Shown piece after piece: positions 1 through 9,862 of a stretch of DNA of 26,626 nt; positions within the stretch are counted from its first letter, which is position 1; the number at the start of each line of letters is the position of its first letter. The notes beneath the pieces were generated by a model, which made no database searches, was not told where the DNA came from, and worked only from the letters and a program-made list of their open reading frames with translations. Position numbers and translations under genes: made by a program. Source of the stretch: Octopus sinensis (taxonomy: Eukaryota); contig NW_021834741.1 of NCBI RefSeq assembly GCF_006345805.1, positions 1-26,626 of the forward strand, written 5' to 3'.

Positions 1-825
1 TACTCTCTCTGCTCCAGGTCTACTTCAAGTTAGCTAGTAAGTTTCCTTGTTTACAGGTTTTATATTTATATGGATGTGAGAATGTATGTAATATCGAGGA
101 AGAGAGAGAGAGAAACGAAATACAAACATACAATTATTTAAAGTCTGTTAAACGTACAAGTAGTAGTCATTTTTGTTGCCCACTATACGCATCAGTGAAT
201 TGTAAGTTATAATGTGTAATGACTAGAAGTTTTAAACAATTTCTGATGTCATAACCCACGATCATTTCACCCTCAACGATCTCAGGTGTTATTGATTATA
301 TCACTAGTTACTGGAGGATATGAAACTTATCAGATTTTCTAGAAACGAGTTCGTATTTACTGACAAAACAGGAAATTTTCAAAGATGCCTTTTACACAAC
401 CTTTTATATGATGACAGACTCACACAGCAATAAAGATATCGGCAACATACGGAATAAAATCAACGTAGAAGCGCACCACATGCGAGCTGCGTTTTCATGC
501 AAGACAAATTCAAATATCTCAGAAATAATTCCCGTCCTTTATACTAAATGAACAGAAAAATGAGTTCGACATCTCCGTCAAATGCAGGCGATTTCAGGTG
601 TAGTTTGTAAAGCATTGTTAAAAACAGTCAACGTGTTTCTGTATATGTAACCACGACAGTTATTATGTGCTTCGATAAATGTGAATTTATCCAATTCGAC
701 ACTGTTGCGCGTATTTTCACCTCAGTAAGTCGCTGATACTAACTAAACGCCGTCCAATTCACCAACTTAACCTTGAAACTTTATACAGAACGAGCAGAAT
801 ATAATTGTCCACAAAAGGAGATTGC

Positions 826-1873
826 CGATCTTTGCGGTTTGAACGGCAGTTTTTTTCTAGCGGTGTCATATGAAATTGTCACCCATAATTATGACCCTAG
901 TATTGATCTATTGCATTTCAATCTATTTTAGGGTTAGGGTTAGGCTTAGGGTTAGGGGTGGGGGAAGGGTATCTTCTTTCTTCACAAATGTAAATAAACA
1001 AGTAAAAGAATAAAAGCATACATTATATACAGGTAAGTGGAAAGTTTTTGGTATGTATTTTCCATTACACTTGTTCCATTTGCCAATAGGAATTATAAAA
1101 ATGTACATGTTAGATAGACATGTAAGGAATTTTCGGATCTTTTCGGTTTGATCGGCAGTTTTTTTTTTTTTTTGTAGCAGTGTCATATGAAATTGTCACC
1201 CATAATTATGACCCTAGTATCGACCTATTGCATTTCAATCTTATTTTAGGGTTAGGGTTAGTTAGGGTTAATGTTAGGAGTGGGGGAGGGTATCTTTTTT
1301 ACTTCACAAATGTAAATAAACAAGTAAAAGAATAAAAGCATACATTATATACAGGTAAGTGGAAAGTTTTTGGTATGTATTTTCCATTACACTTGTTCCA
1401 TTTGCCAATAGGAATTATAAAATTTTATATGTTAGATAGACATGTAAGGAATTTTCGGATCTTTTCGGTTTGACCGGCAGTTTTTTTCTAGCGGTGTCAT
1501 GAAATTATCACCCATAATTATGACCCTAGTATCGATCTATTGCATTTCAATATATTTTAGTGTTGGGGTTGGGGTGGGGTGGGGGAAGGGTATCTTTTTT
1601 TCTTTACAAATGTAAATAAACCCAATCTGTTTCTTAATCGAGGGACATATTCGTACGGCACAGAATGTTGTTTACCTCAATGGACGTCAGTGATTGGTTG
1701 AAATTGCAGAAATTGAAGAAAAAACAACAAATATCTTATAAACTATAGAATTTTCTCAATAAAGCCAAGAGAAAAAGATGTTTTCTAAACACATTCTACC
1801 AGTATACGAAGTTTAAAATTTTTTAGTTACCTAGGAATTATGTTAAAAACTGCCGTTCAAACCGAAAAGATCC
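826..1873. mobile_element. Non-autonomous TIR DNA transposon (MITE, Merlin-like) with internally triplicated left end
   Basis: Left TIR cgatctttgcggtttgaacggcagttttt (826-) is the reverse complement (2 mismatches) of right TIR aaaaactgccgttcaaaccgaaaagatcc (1845-1873). An identical 8-bp TSD GAGATTGC lies at 818-825 and 1874-1881. Extra left-TIR copies start at 1135 and 1457. The Merlin assignment is inferred from GG..CC termini plus an 8-bp TSD. Confidence 0.85.
928..964 (+). repeat. Telomere-like (TTAGGG)n tract inside the MITE
   Basis: ttagggttagggttaggcttagggttaggggtggggg. Variant copies at ~1246-1290 and a (TGGGG)n version at ~1556-1590. Confidence 0.85.
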
Positions 1874-2420
1874 GAGATTGCTAATTTAATTTGTTTGTGT
1901 TTTGTTTTGCTTTGTTTTTTTAGGGTGGTTACGTGTTGAGTAAAAAAAAAGGTGGAAGATATGAGTTTGGTATCATCATACGTAGCATAGACGTTAATGA
2001 ATTTTACGAATTAGTACGTTTGTTCTTTATACTGAACATGTTTGGTGGTAACCGCAAGGATCTTCACACGGTTAGATAACGTGTAAGCTCGTAATTTCGA
2101 AAAATAACACGCTAACGTATTGGTGATAACTCTTGAGAAAACGTGTTACTAAAATCATAAAAAGAAATTCTCTCTTATGATAACGGTTGAAATGGAACTG
2201 AGAATGATAAATAGTATTGGTGTTACGCTGAAACACTTTGAAATCAAATGTCATTTACAGAAAACAAAAGCCGAAGAACAACCCATTTTGTATACGTAAA
2301 ATGAAAAGTCACGCAGTTAGCTACAAAGAACAAAACAAGCTTTCCGTTCGTAGGTAACCTCAAGGATACCAAATTGTCTAATGCATTCTAAACAGATTTG
2401 CAGAGTATAAATGTTATGTG

Positions 2421-3012
2421 CGAGCGGGTGCTGAAAAGTTCCTAGTTTTTGGTAAAAGAAAATACAGGAGGATCAGTTAATTATGATTTTATTCAATACT
2501 AGCAGTATCGCCCGGCGTTGCTCGGGTTTGTAAGGGAAATAACTATATAAGCATTTTTAGAGAGTTATAGCCAAAAAATAGCAAAAAATGCATTAGAAAT
2601 GGGAAAAAAATTATGGTAAATTTTTTTTTAAATCGTAGACTCATCGTAGACATTTTTAGAGAGTTACTTCCCTTATTAGCGCGCATTAAAATGGAAAAAA
2701 ATGTAATTTTTTTTTAAATCGTAGACTCATTGTAGACGCGCGCTAATACCCAGAAGGGCTCGATGTAAATCACGACTATAAGATACCCGCTTTTGGTTAA
2801 ACTGCACCGCAAAATGTGGGAGTAGTTAGGAATCTAAATCGTAGGAGACAGACACACAACTTCACTTTTATATATAAAGATATTTCCCTCTCAGATTCAC
2901 ACATTGCAGCGGTCCTTCAGTTTTTCAAAACCTTGTAAAAGAAAAACTCGGAAGGCTGGCCTTTCGCGATATCCTTAAAGCCAGAAACTTTTCAGCACCA
3001 CCACCACCCTCG
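2421..3012 (+). mobile_element. Tc1/mariner-type MITE interrupted by a Helitron
   Basis: TIRs cgagcgggtgctgaaaagttcct (2421-) and aacttttcagcacc...ctcg (-3012). After removing 2499-2880 it aligns in inverted orientation with the intact copy at 20618-20834. Confidence 0.8.
2499..2880 (-). mobile_element. Non-autonomous Helitron
   Basis: On the minus strand it begins TC(TTTATATATAAAAG) and ends with hairpin CCCGAGCAACGCCGGG followed by ...CTAG. It is inserted between host A and T with no TSD. These are the canonical Helitron hallmarks. Confidence 0.85.
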
Positions 3013-3112
3013 TGTGTCTATAATTCTTTTACTTCGCTGAAATTGGTTCAATTAATTTTGATTGCTCTGATAATGTAGTACTCAATACGAAATATTAATA
3101 GTTGGTAATAAT

Positions 3113-3399
3113 GACAGCGACGACGTCGACGACGATGATGATGACGACTACAATGATGATGATTACCACGAGGACGATGACGATGATGATAATGACAACG
3201 ACGACGACGACGATGATGATCACGATGATGACGACGATGATGATGATGATGATGATGATATGATGACGATAACGATGATGATGATGATGACGATAACGAT
3301 GATGATGACGATGATGATCACGATGATGATGATGACGATGATGATGATGATGATGACGATGATGATGACGATGATGATGATGAAGATGATGATAATGAT

Positions 3400-3430
<31 letters not shown>

Positions 3431-3628
3431 ACAATGATGATGATGATGACGATAACGATGATGATCACGATGATGATCACGATGATGATCACGATGATGA
3501 TGATGACAATGACGATGATGACAACGACGACGACGACGATGATCATGAGGATCCTGATTATAATGACGACGATGATGATGATGATGATGATGATGATGAC
3601 GACGACGGACGATGACGATACGATGTCG
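3113..3628. repeat. Compound (GAT/GAC)n microsatellite
   Basis: Continuous gat/gac trinucleotide repeat; explains the His/Ile/Met-rich ORFs at 3095-3655. Confidence 0.95.
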
Positions 3629-4415
3629 ATGATTCACCATGCAATATTGATATAGTTATGACTTCGACATTTTATTTCAAAAAAGTTTTTTTTTTTTTTT
3701 CTTAAACTGGAAAAAAAAATCAATTATACAAAACCACAAAATTCCCCAATTTCCTTTCACAATTGACCGCCTCCTCCACTTCAAAATCGAATTAACCGCC
3801 TCAAACACTCAGATTTCCTCCGAATTAAATATATCTCTGAGCCCCAACCCCCAACTCCACCCACCCCTTATGTGTCTGTGGATTAGGGGTAGGGGTGTAC
3901 AGGAATAAAACAATTTTCTCTTGTTTTGTTGTGGTTTTTGTTTTTATTTTTTGTTTTTTTTTTTTGCTCTCCCGTTCCCCCCCCCCACCACCACCACCAT
4001 CCCAATCCTTCCTCATCATCACCTCGTGTTGTATTTAGTTCGGTGCATCATCCACGTTTCTGAATTCGAATCCGGCGGGAATTTAACACTTGGCTCCCTT
4101 CCGTTAGCCACCCTCACTTCCCCCTCCCACACACACACACTCCAATTTCCCCCGCCCCCCTCACTAACACACACAAAACCGCTAGCTCCACCAACACCCC
4201 TACTACCACCACCTCCAACATATACAGGTTCCTCTCCGGAGGATATCAGAAAAGTAGGTGGGGCTGATGGGTCAGAAGAGTGGTGGTAGTGGTGGTGCTG
4301 CTGCTGCTGCCGATGTTGATGATAATGATGATGATGGTGGTGGTGGTGACACCGGCGGTGGGGGCGGTGGCGTTGTTGTTGTTGTGGTAGTGGTGGTGAC
4401 ACCGGCGGAGGGGAC

Positions 4416-4579
4416 GAAGAAGAAAAAGAAGAAGAAGAAGAAGAAGAAGAAGAAGAAGAAGAAAAGAAGAGGAAAAAGAAAGAAGAAAAGAATAAGAAGA
4501 AGAAAAGAAGAAGAAGAAGAAGAAGAAGAAAAGAAGAAGAAGAGAATAAGAAGAAGAAAAGAAGAAGGAAGAAGAAGAA
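4416..4579. repeat. (GAA)n microsatellite
   Basis: Direct reading of the sequence. Confidence 0.95.
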
Positions 4580-4772
4580 ATGTCCATTGTTTGACCTCCT
4601 CACCACCATCTGCCGAATCTATTTACAGACTTGTAGAATTTGGTCTATTCACCACCTGCTTCTCTTCTTCCTCCAACTATTCCCTCCAACCCTCCTCACC
4701 TCTTCTTGATTATCTCAAGTACAAGACGATAGTTGAAACCAAACAACTTTATGACACTTTCAATAATAAATG

Positions 4773-5023
4773 GAATAATAATAATAACAATAATAATAAT
4801 AATAATAATAATAATATCATAATATAATAATAATCATAATGAATAATAATAATAATAATAAAAACAATAATAATAATAATAATAATAAAAACAACAATAT
4901 AATAATCATATATAATAATATTAATATATTAATAATAATAATAATAATAATAATAAAAACGATAATAATATAATAATAATAATAAAATAATAATATAATA
5001 TAATAATAATTAATAATAATAAT
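4773..5023. repeat. (AAT)n microsatellite (second block at 5244-5305)
   Basis: Direct reading; abuts the 3' end of the minus-strand SINE at 5024-5243. Confidence 0.9.
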
Positions 5024-5243
5024 CCTTTTTGCTAAAGCCACAAGGTCTGAAATTTTGGTGGAGGGAACTAGTCGATTAAATTGCCACTATTGTTCGACTG
5101 GTACGTATTTTATTGACCCCTACCACCACCAAGGGATGAAAGGTAAAATCGACCTTGGTGGAATTTAAACCCAGAATGTGAAGAAGGACGTAATGCCGCT
5201 AAGCATTTTGTCCAGTGTGCTAACGATTCTGCCAGCTGACCGT
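5024..5243 (-). mobile_element. tRNA-derived SINE, family C (diverged copy)
   Basis: Minus strand reads cagctggcagaatcgttagcac...ctgggtttaaattccaccaaggtcgattttacctttcatcc, homologous to the copies at 12501 and 21113. It has box A-like (tggcagaatcg) and box B-like (ggtttaaattcc) motifs and an (ATT)n tail. Confidence 0.8.
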
Positions 5244-5253
5244 AATAATAATA

Positions 5254-5299
<46 letters not shown>

Positions 5300-5305
5300 G
5301 ATAAT

Positions 5306-5713
5306 AGCGCAGGAGTGGCTGTGTAGTAAGTAGCTTGCTTACCAACCCCATGTTCCGGGTTCAGTCCCACTGCGTGGCACCTTGGGCAAGTGTCTTCTAC
5401 TATAGCCTCGGCCGACCAAAGCCTTGTGAGTGGATTTGGTAGACGGAAACTGAAAGAAGCCCGTCGTAATAGTATATATAATATATTATATGCGTGTGTG
5501 TGTTTGTGTGAGTTGTTTATTCCCCCTAGCATTGCTTGACAACCGATGCTGGTGTGTTTATGTCCCCGTTACTTAGGTCCGGCAAAAGAGACCGATAGAA
5601 TAAGTACTGGGCTTACAAAAGAATAAGTCCCGGGGTCGAGTTGCTCGATTAAAGGCGGTGCTCCAGCATGGCTGCAGTCAAATGACTGAAACAAGTAAAA
5701 GATTAAAAGAGTA
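5306..5713 (+). mobile_element. tRNA-derived SINE, family B, full length with internal (TA)/(TG) tract
   Basis: Head gcgcaggagtggctgtgtagtaag with box B ccgggttcagtccc, then ccttgggcaagtgtctt core, an internal microsatellite, and a 3' part ending gactgaaacaagtaaaagattaaaag. Both halves recur elsewhere in the window (11833, 14309, 15275). Confidence 0.85.
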
Positions 5714-5922
5714 TATTCCGATTTCTCTGACATATTTCTCGAACTTGATTGTTAGTGCCCCGAGTGCCCCCTACAACTGCTGGGATAAAAGGCATTCTTC
5801 TCATAACCCACATTCTTGCAATTTCGTCCGTTAGTAGTCTGTTCTTTTACAATCTTGTCTAGTTCTTTGTCACTTATGTGTGCATCCCCAGGTATTGCGA
5901 TATCTATAATCTTGGTTTCCTT
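5714..5922 (-). pseudogene. Fragment of the restriction-like endonuclease domain of a non-LTR retrotransposon (R4/Dong-like)
   Basis: Minus-strand translation with one frameshift: KETKIIDIAIPGDAHISDKELDKIV / LTDEIARMWVMRRMPFIPAVVGALGALTIKFEKYVREIGI. This matches the IID(V/I)AxPxD..KE.EK..KY..L..EI.RMW....P.VVGALG motif of R4-clade ORFs. Confidence 0.75.
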
Positions 5923-5937
5923 TTGGGGGAAATTGAA

Positions 5938-5974
5938 TGTGTGTGAATGTGCGTGCCTGTGTGTGGTGTGTGTG

Positions 5975-6037
<63 letters not shown>
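5938..6037. repeat. (TG)n microsatellite
   Basis: Direct reading. Confidence 0.95.
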
Positions 6038-6041
<4 letters not shown>

Positions 6042-7158
6042 AAAAAATGTTTCGATCTGTCAATCCCACCACTCGGTGATGAATATTATTAGATTTTTCA
6101 ACTGAAGTGTATTAAAATAAAATACGTTGAAAACAAGCTAGTATTCCATCATTGCCAAAGGGCAATTCCTTTATTTTTTATTTACCTTTGAAGTTTTGAT
6201 CTGAATCGAATCACGGGAGGTAATCTAATTTGTTCAAGAGCTTTGACTACAAAGTCGCCATTTTTGGAGACAGTCTTTCCCTGTAATTTTTTCAATGACA
6301 CAATTATTTGAATAGAAATGCCTCGCCGTTTCTTCCTCCATTACTCCCCAAACTATATATCAATTCACATTAGTTGTTTTTTTTTTCATTATACAACATG
6401 AAGCCTTTGTCTATGTGCCTGTGTATTTATCTATGTGTCTGTGCATTTATCTATAAACACATACATATACTTATACACACAGAGACACATACATACACCA
6501 ATATATATTTAGTGTCTGTAGTTACTTTCTCGTCATGGCTCCACGCTAGTCTCTGGGAAAATAGACACAGCAATCTTCTGGCATTGTGTCACGGAATGTA
6601 TGGCGTGACTTTAGCAAAATACATGAGCATAGTCAAGAAGAAAGCCTTAGGCTACCTCTTCATGCCACTAGGTTACATTTTTAGAATCCAAAAAGATCAA
6701 AGGTTCTTTTTTATCAATACGCTCATAAGAACGGTTTCTACCCTTGAGTTTAAAAAGGGCCCCGGATCGATCGAGTTTTCGGTCAGTGCCCTCATCTAAA
6801 ACGTTTCCTGCTACAGACTTGGAATTCCCCATTCGTTGAATAGGCCCACCGCACCTCCTTCGAATATCACCACGGCCGCAGTAAGGGGGATAGCCCCGCT
6901 CCGCCTGCAGCACGGACAACTGTTTTTTGTTTACAAAACCAATTGACCGTTACGTATTTCTTCCTCCAGTTGTAGAGAGGTTATGTGCCTCCAGCCTTTC
7001 GAGTCTGACGAATCCCCTATACTGCTAAGCGCTTTATAGGTGCAAAGCCAATGGTCAATCTATGACCACCGGCCATAATTTTTTACGTCATAAAAATATA
7101 TATTACTATTCTCATGTTAAGAATGTATTTCATTTTTCGAATATACAAACTACTCCCG

Positions 7159-7322
<164 letters not shown>

Positions 7323-7435
7323 TAATATTCAGTTGAATTAGGTGCTTTAATTGGGGTACCAGGCCAGTTCGGTATAGTTCGCACAGCTCTAAGTTGGGTG
7401 AACAGAATGTAAATAAGTAACAAGGATGTCCAAGC

Positions 7436-7504
7436 ATCAATACATTACGGCCGTTTCATTGATCGATTAAATGGAGCTGCTCGAAACGGCCGCAATGTAT
7501 TGAT
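7436..7504. repeat. Short inverted repeat (22-bp arms, 25-bp spacer)
   Basis: atcaatacattacggccgtttc (7436-7457) vs gaaacggccgcaatgtattgat (7483-7504): 21/22 complementary. Confidence 0.8.
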
Positions 7505-7551
7505 ACCTAGACATTCTTGTTACGCACACACATTCACACACACACACACAC

Positions 7552-7612
<61 letters not shown>

Positions 7613-7779
7613 GGGTATTGAAATACCACTTGCTATGAACAGAGCTGTCGCTCTAAACCACAATTTACTACAAAAATACACACTGTGAATGCGGTAAACA
7701 TAACAGAGACAGGCTTACCTTGCATGGAATACATAAATAAGGATGTGTACATTCCAGAATATATATATATATATATATA

Positions 7780-8212
7780 ACAGCTGAGCAAGTCTCTCTA
7801 TATTCGTTATCCCGATTTTGTGGAGGAAATCGCTTGTGCAAGGTCGGAGAAAACCTGAGGTTTCGACGGCGACCGGCAAAAACTGATATCGGCTGTTGAG
7901 GCCCCTGTATTTTTTTTTCTCTCTTCTGCATTACGGGCGATGATACCCGAGTTTGCAGCCGATACGATAAGGTTGGAGTGGGAGAACGTGTCGCTGCACG
8001 TCGCGTCCCAGACTAGAGATCTGGAAAGAGGGTTATTCCATCGGGGCGCTTACCATCCTCCCGGTCAAGACCTACTAGCTCCAATTGAGACAGGAAGCCA
8101 GCCGTGTCGAGGCCCATTTTAATCATGTCATTTAGAGCGAGGGGATGTCGCTGACAATTCTCCGCGACAACGCCATCACGGTTATGACCGCGGGGAGCGG
8201 CTGAGCGCCAAA
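7780..8212 (-). pseudogene. 3' fragment of a CRE-clade-like non-LTR retrotransposon ORF (restriction-like endonuclease)
   Basis: Minus-strand translation with frameshifts/deletions: [43 protein letters not shown] / [36 protein letters not shown] / YRGLNSRYQFLPVAVETSGFLRPCTSDFLHKIG. It contains the DGKRPDG, WDxTC, AExxK and PVAVETxG motifs of RLE-type elements. Confidence 0.8.
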
Positions 8213-8981
8213 TTTTTTCTGGGGTGTGTGATGCATTGCCCCCTCCACCACCACCATCTTCTGCTGCTTAACCTCTTTGTTTCGTTTTCTTCTTTTTCTT
8301 TTTCTTTCTTTCTTTCTATTTGAATGGTGTAATTTAAAAGAAAATCTACGTCTTCATTCTGTTTCTATATTCGTTAAGAACAAGAGTTCGAAGATTTCTA
8401 TCGTGTTTGTTGACGTCATCGTTTCAAGTTAAAAAGAAAAACGGTTTTTTTATTTTTATTTATTTATTTTTTTGTTATTTATTTCTATTTTCGATTCCAT
8501 TCTTACTTTTTAGAGAATCAGTTTATACTCGAGTAACTAAGCAACCACTTTTGCGTTCGATGCCATACAGAATATTCTCACATTTGCCGCAGTGGTAGAC
8601 TACAGATTTTACATTATATAACTTCTTTTGTTTTTTTGGGTCTTTACATTACTTTACTCTCATTTAAGAGAGAGCGAAACAGAAATGTTTAAAACCGTAA
8701 GAAAAATTCACCATTGGAAAATGACTGAAATTGCTGTTGTTGTTGCTATTGCTGCTGTTGCTGCTGTTCTTCTTCTTGTTCTTCATCACGACGACGATGA
8801 CGACTGGAATAATAATACCTTATGTTCAAACATAATTCGAGAAGAAAAAAAAAAACATGCTTTCGAAATAGAATTACTAAAACTATGGCAGATTACAAAA
8901 ACTGCATTTGTAACTGTGATGCGAAATTTCGTTACTGCGTCATATTGTTACATGTGAAGAACGCTGTACATGGTCTCTATA

Positions 8982-9019
<38 letters not shown>

Positions 9020-9034
9020 TATATATATGTGTGT

Positions 9035-9342
9035 GGAGGCGCAATGGCCCAGTGGTTAAGGCAGCGGACGCGCGGTCATAGAATCATGGTTTCGTTTCCC
9101 AGACCGGGCGTTGTGAGTGTTTATTGAGCGAAAACACCTAAAAGCTCCACGAGGCTCCGGCAAGGGTATGGTGGTGATCCCTGCTGTACTCTTTCGCCAC
9201 AACTTTCACTCTTTCTTCTGTTGGCCTGCTCGCTTAGCCAGCGGGGTGGTGTCATTTGAAGGCTAAAACAATGCGGAGCGCATTGTGACCAGCGATGTGT
9301 AGCAACATCTGATGGACTAGTCGGTCACGGTGATCACGGCGA
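9035..9342 (+). mobile_element. tRNA-derived SINE, family D (tail type 1)
   Basis: Head ggaggcgcaatggcccagtggttaaggcagcggac with box A (tggcccagtgg) and a box B-like motif (ggtttcgtttccc). The first ~175 bp are homologous to the minus-strand copy at 10579; flanked by TA/TG repeats. Confidence 0.8.
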
Positions 9343-9354
9343 TATATATATATA

Positions 9355-9679
9355 TATAATCAAAATAAGCAACAAGGATATCTAAAGTAGTGTAGTACAA
9401 TCGTTTCATGCTACTTCATTTTATTAAACAATGTAAGTATTACATCAGTTTTAAAATGTAGAGCAATCTTCAGCCACATATAGAATTTTTTAATTAAATA
9501 GACAATGTACAAAGTATAAAAATGTACATTGTCTATTTAATTTTAAAATTCTATATGTGACTGAAGATTGCTCTACATTTAAAAACTGATGTAATACTTG
9601 CATTGTTTAATAAAATGAAGTAGCATGAAACGATTGTACTACACTGCTTTAGTTATCCTTGTTGCTTATTTTGATTATA
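9355..9679. mobile_element. Fold-back (palindromic) MITE-like element
   Basis: Arms 9355-9511 and 9523-9679 (157 bp each, 7 mismatches by hand alignment), 11-nt loop aagtataaaaa. Both ends read TATA, compatible with a TA target site. Confidence 0.85.
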
Positions 9680-9862
9680 ATCACATTTAATACCATACCA
9701 AATTCTGGTGCATTTAAATTAAGTACCATATTTATCTGAATCTAAATTTTGCTGAATATATATATATACGATTCCATCATCGGAGAGAGATATGTTAAAC
9801 ATATGTAACTGTTGCAGTGAAAATGGTCTCCCCTTCCCACGTGTCAGACAGTCTGTTGTTGT

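Noticed and set aside
3095-3655. Long His-, Ile- and Met-rich ORFs
   Set aside because: Pure translations of the (GAT/GAC)n microsatellite; stop-free by composition.
3921-4827. Overlapping 113-196 aa ORFs with poly-Q/H/G/K, resembling low-complexity cephalopod exons
   Set aside because: Built from trinucleotide repeats. The 19-bp direct repeat gtggtggtgacaccggcgg (4340-4358, 4390-4408) has period 50, not a multiple of 3. No domain or convincing splice pair. Cannot exclude a UTR or exon without RNA data.
8411-8418. Perfect cAMP-response element TGACGTCA
   Set aside because: A single 8-mer with no identifiable promoter; not distinguishable from chance.
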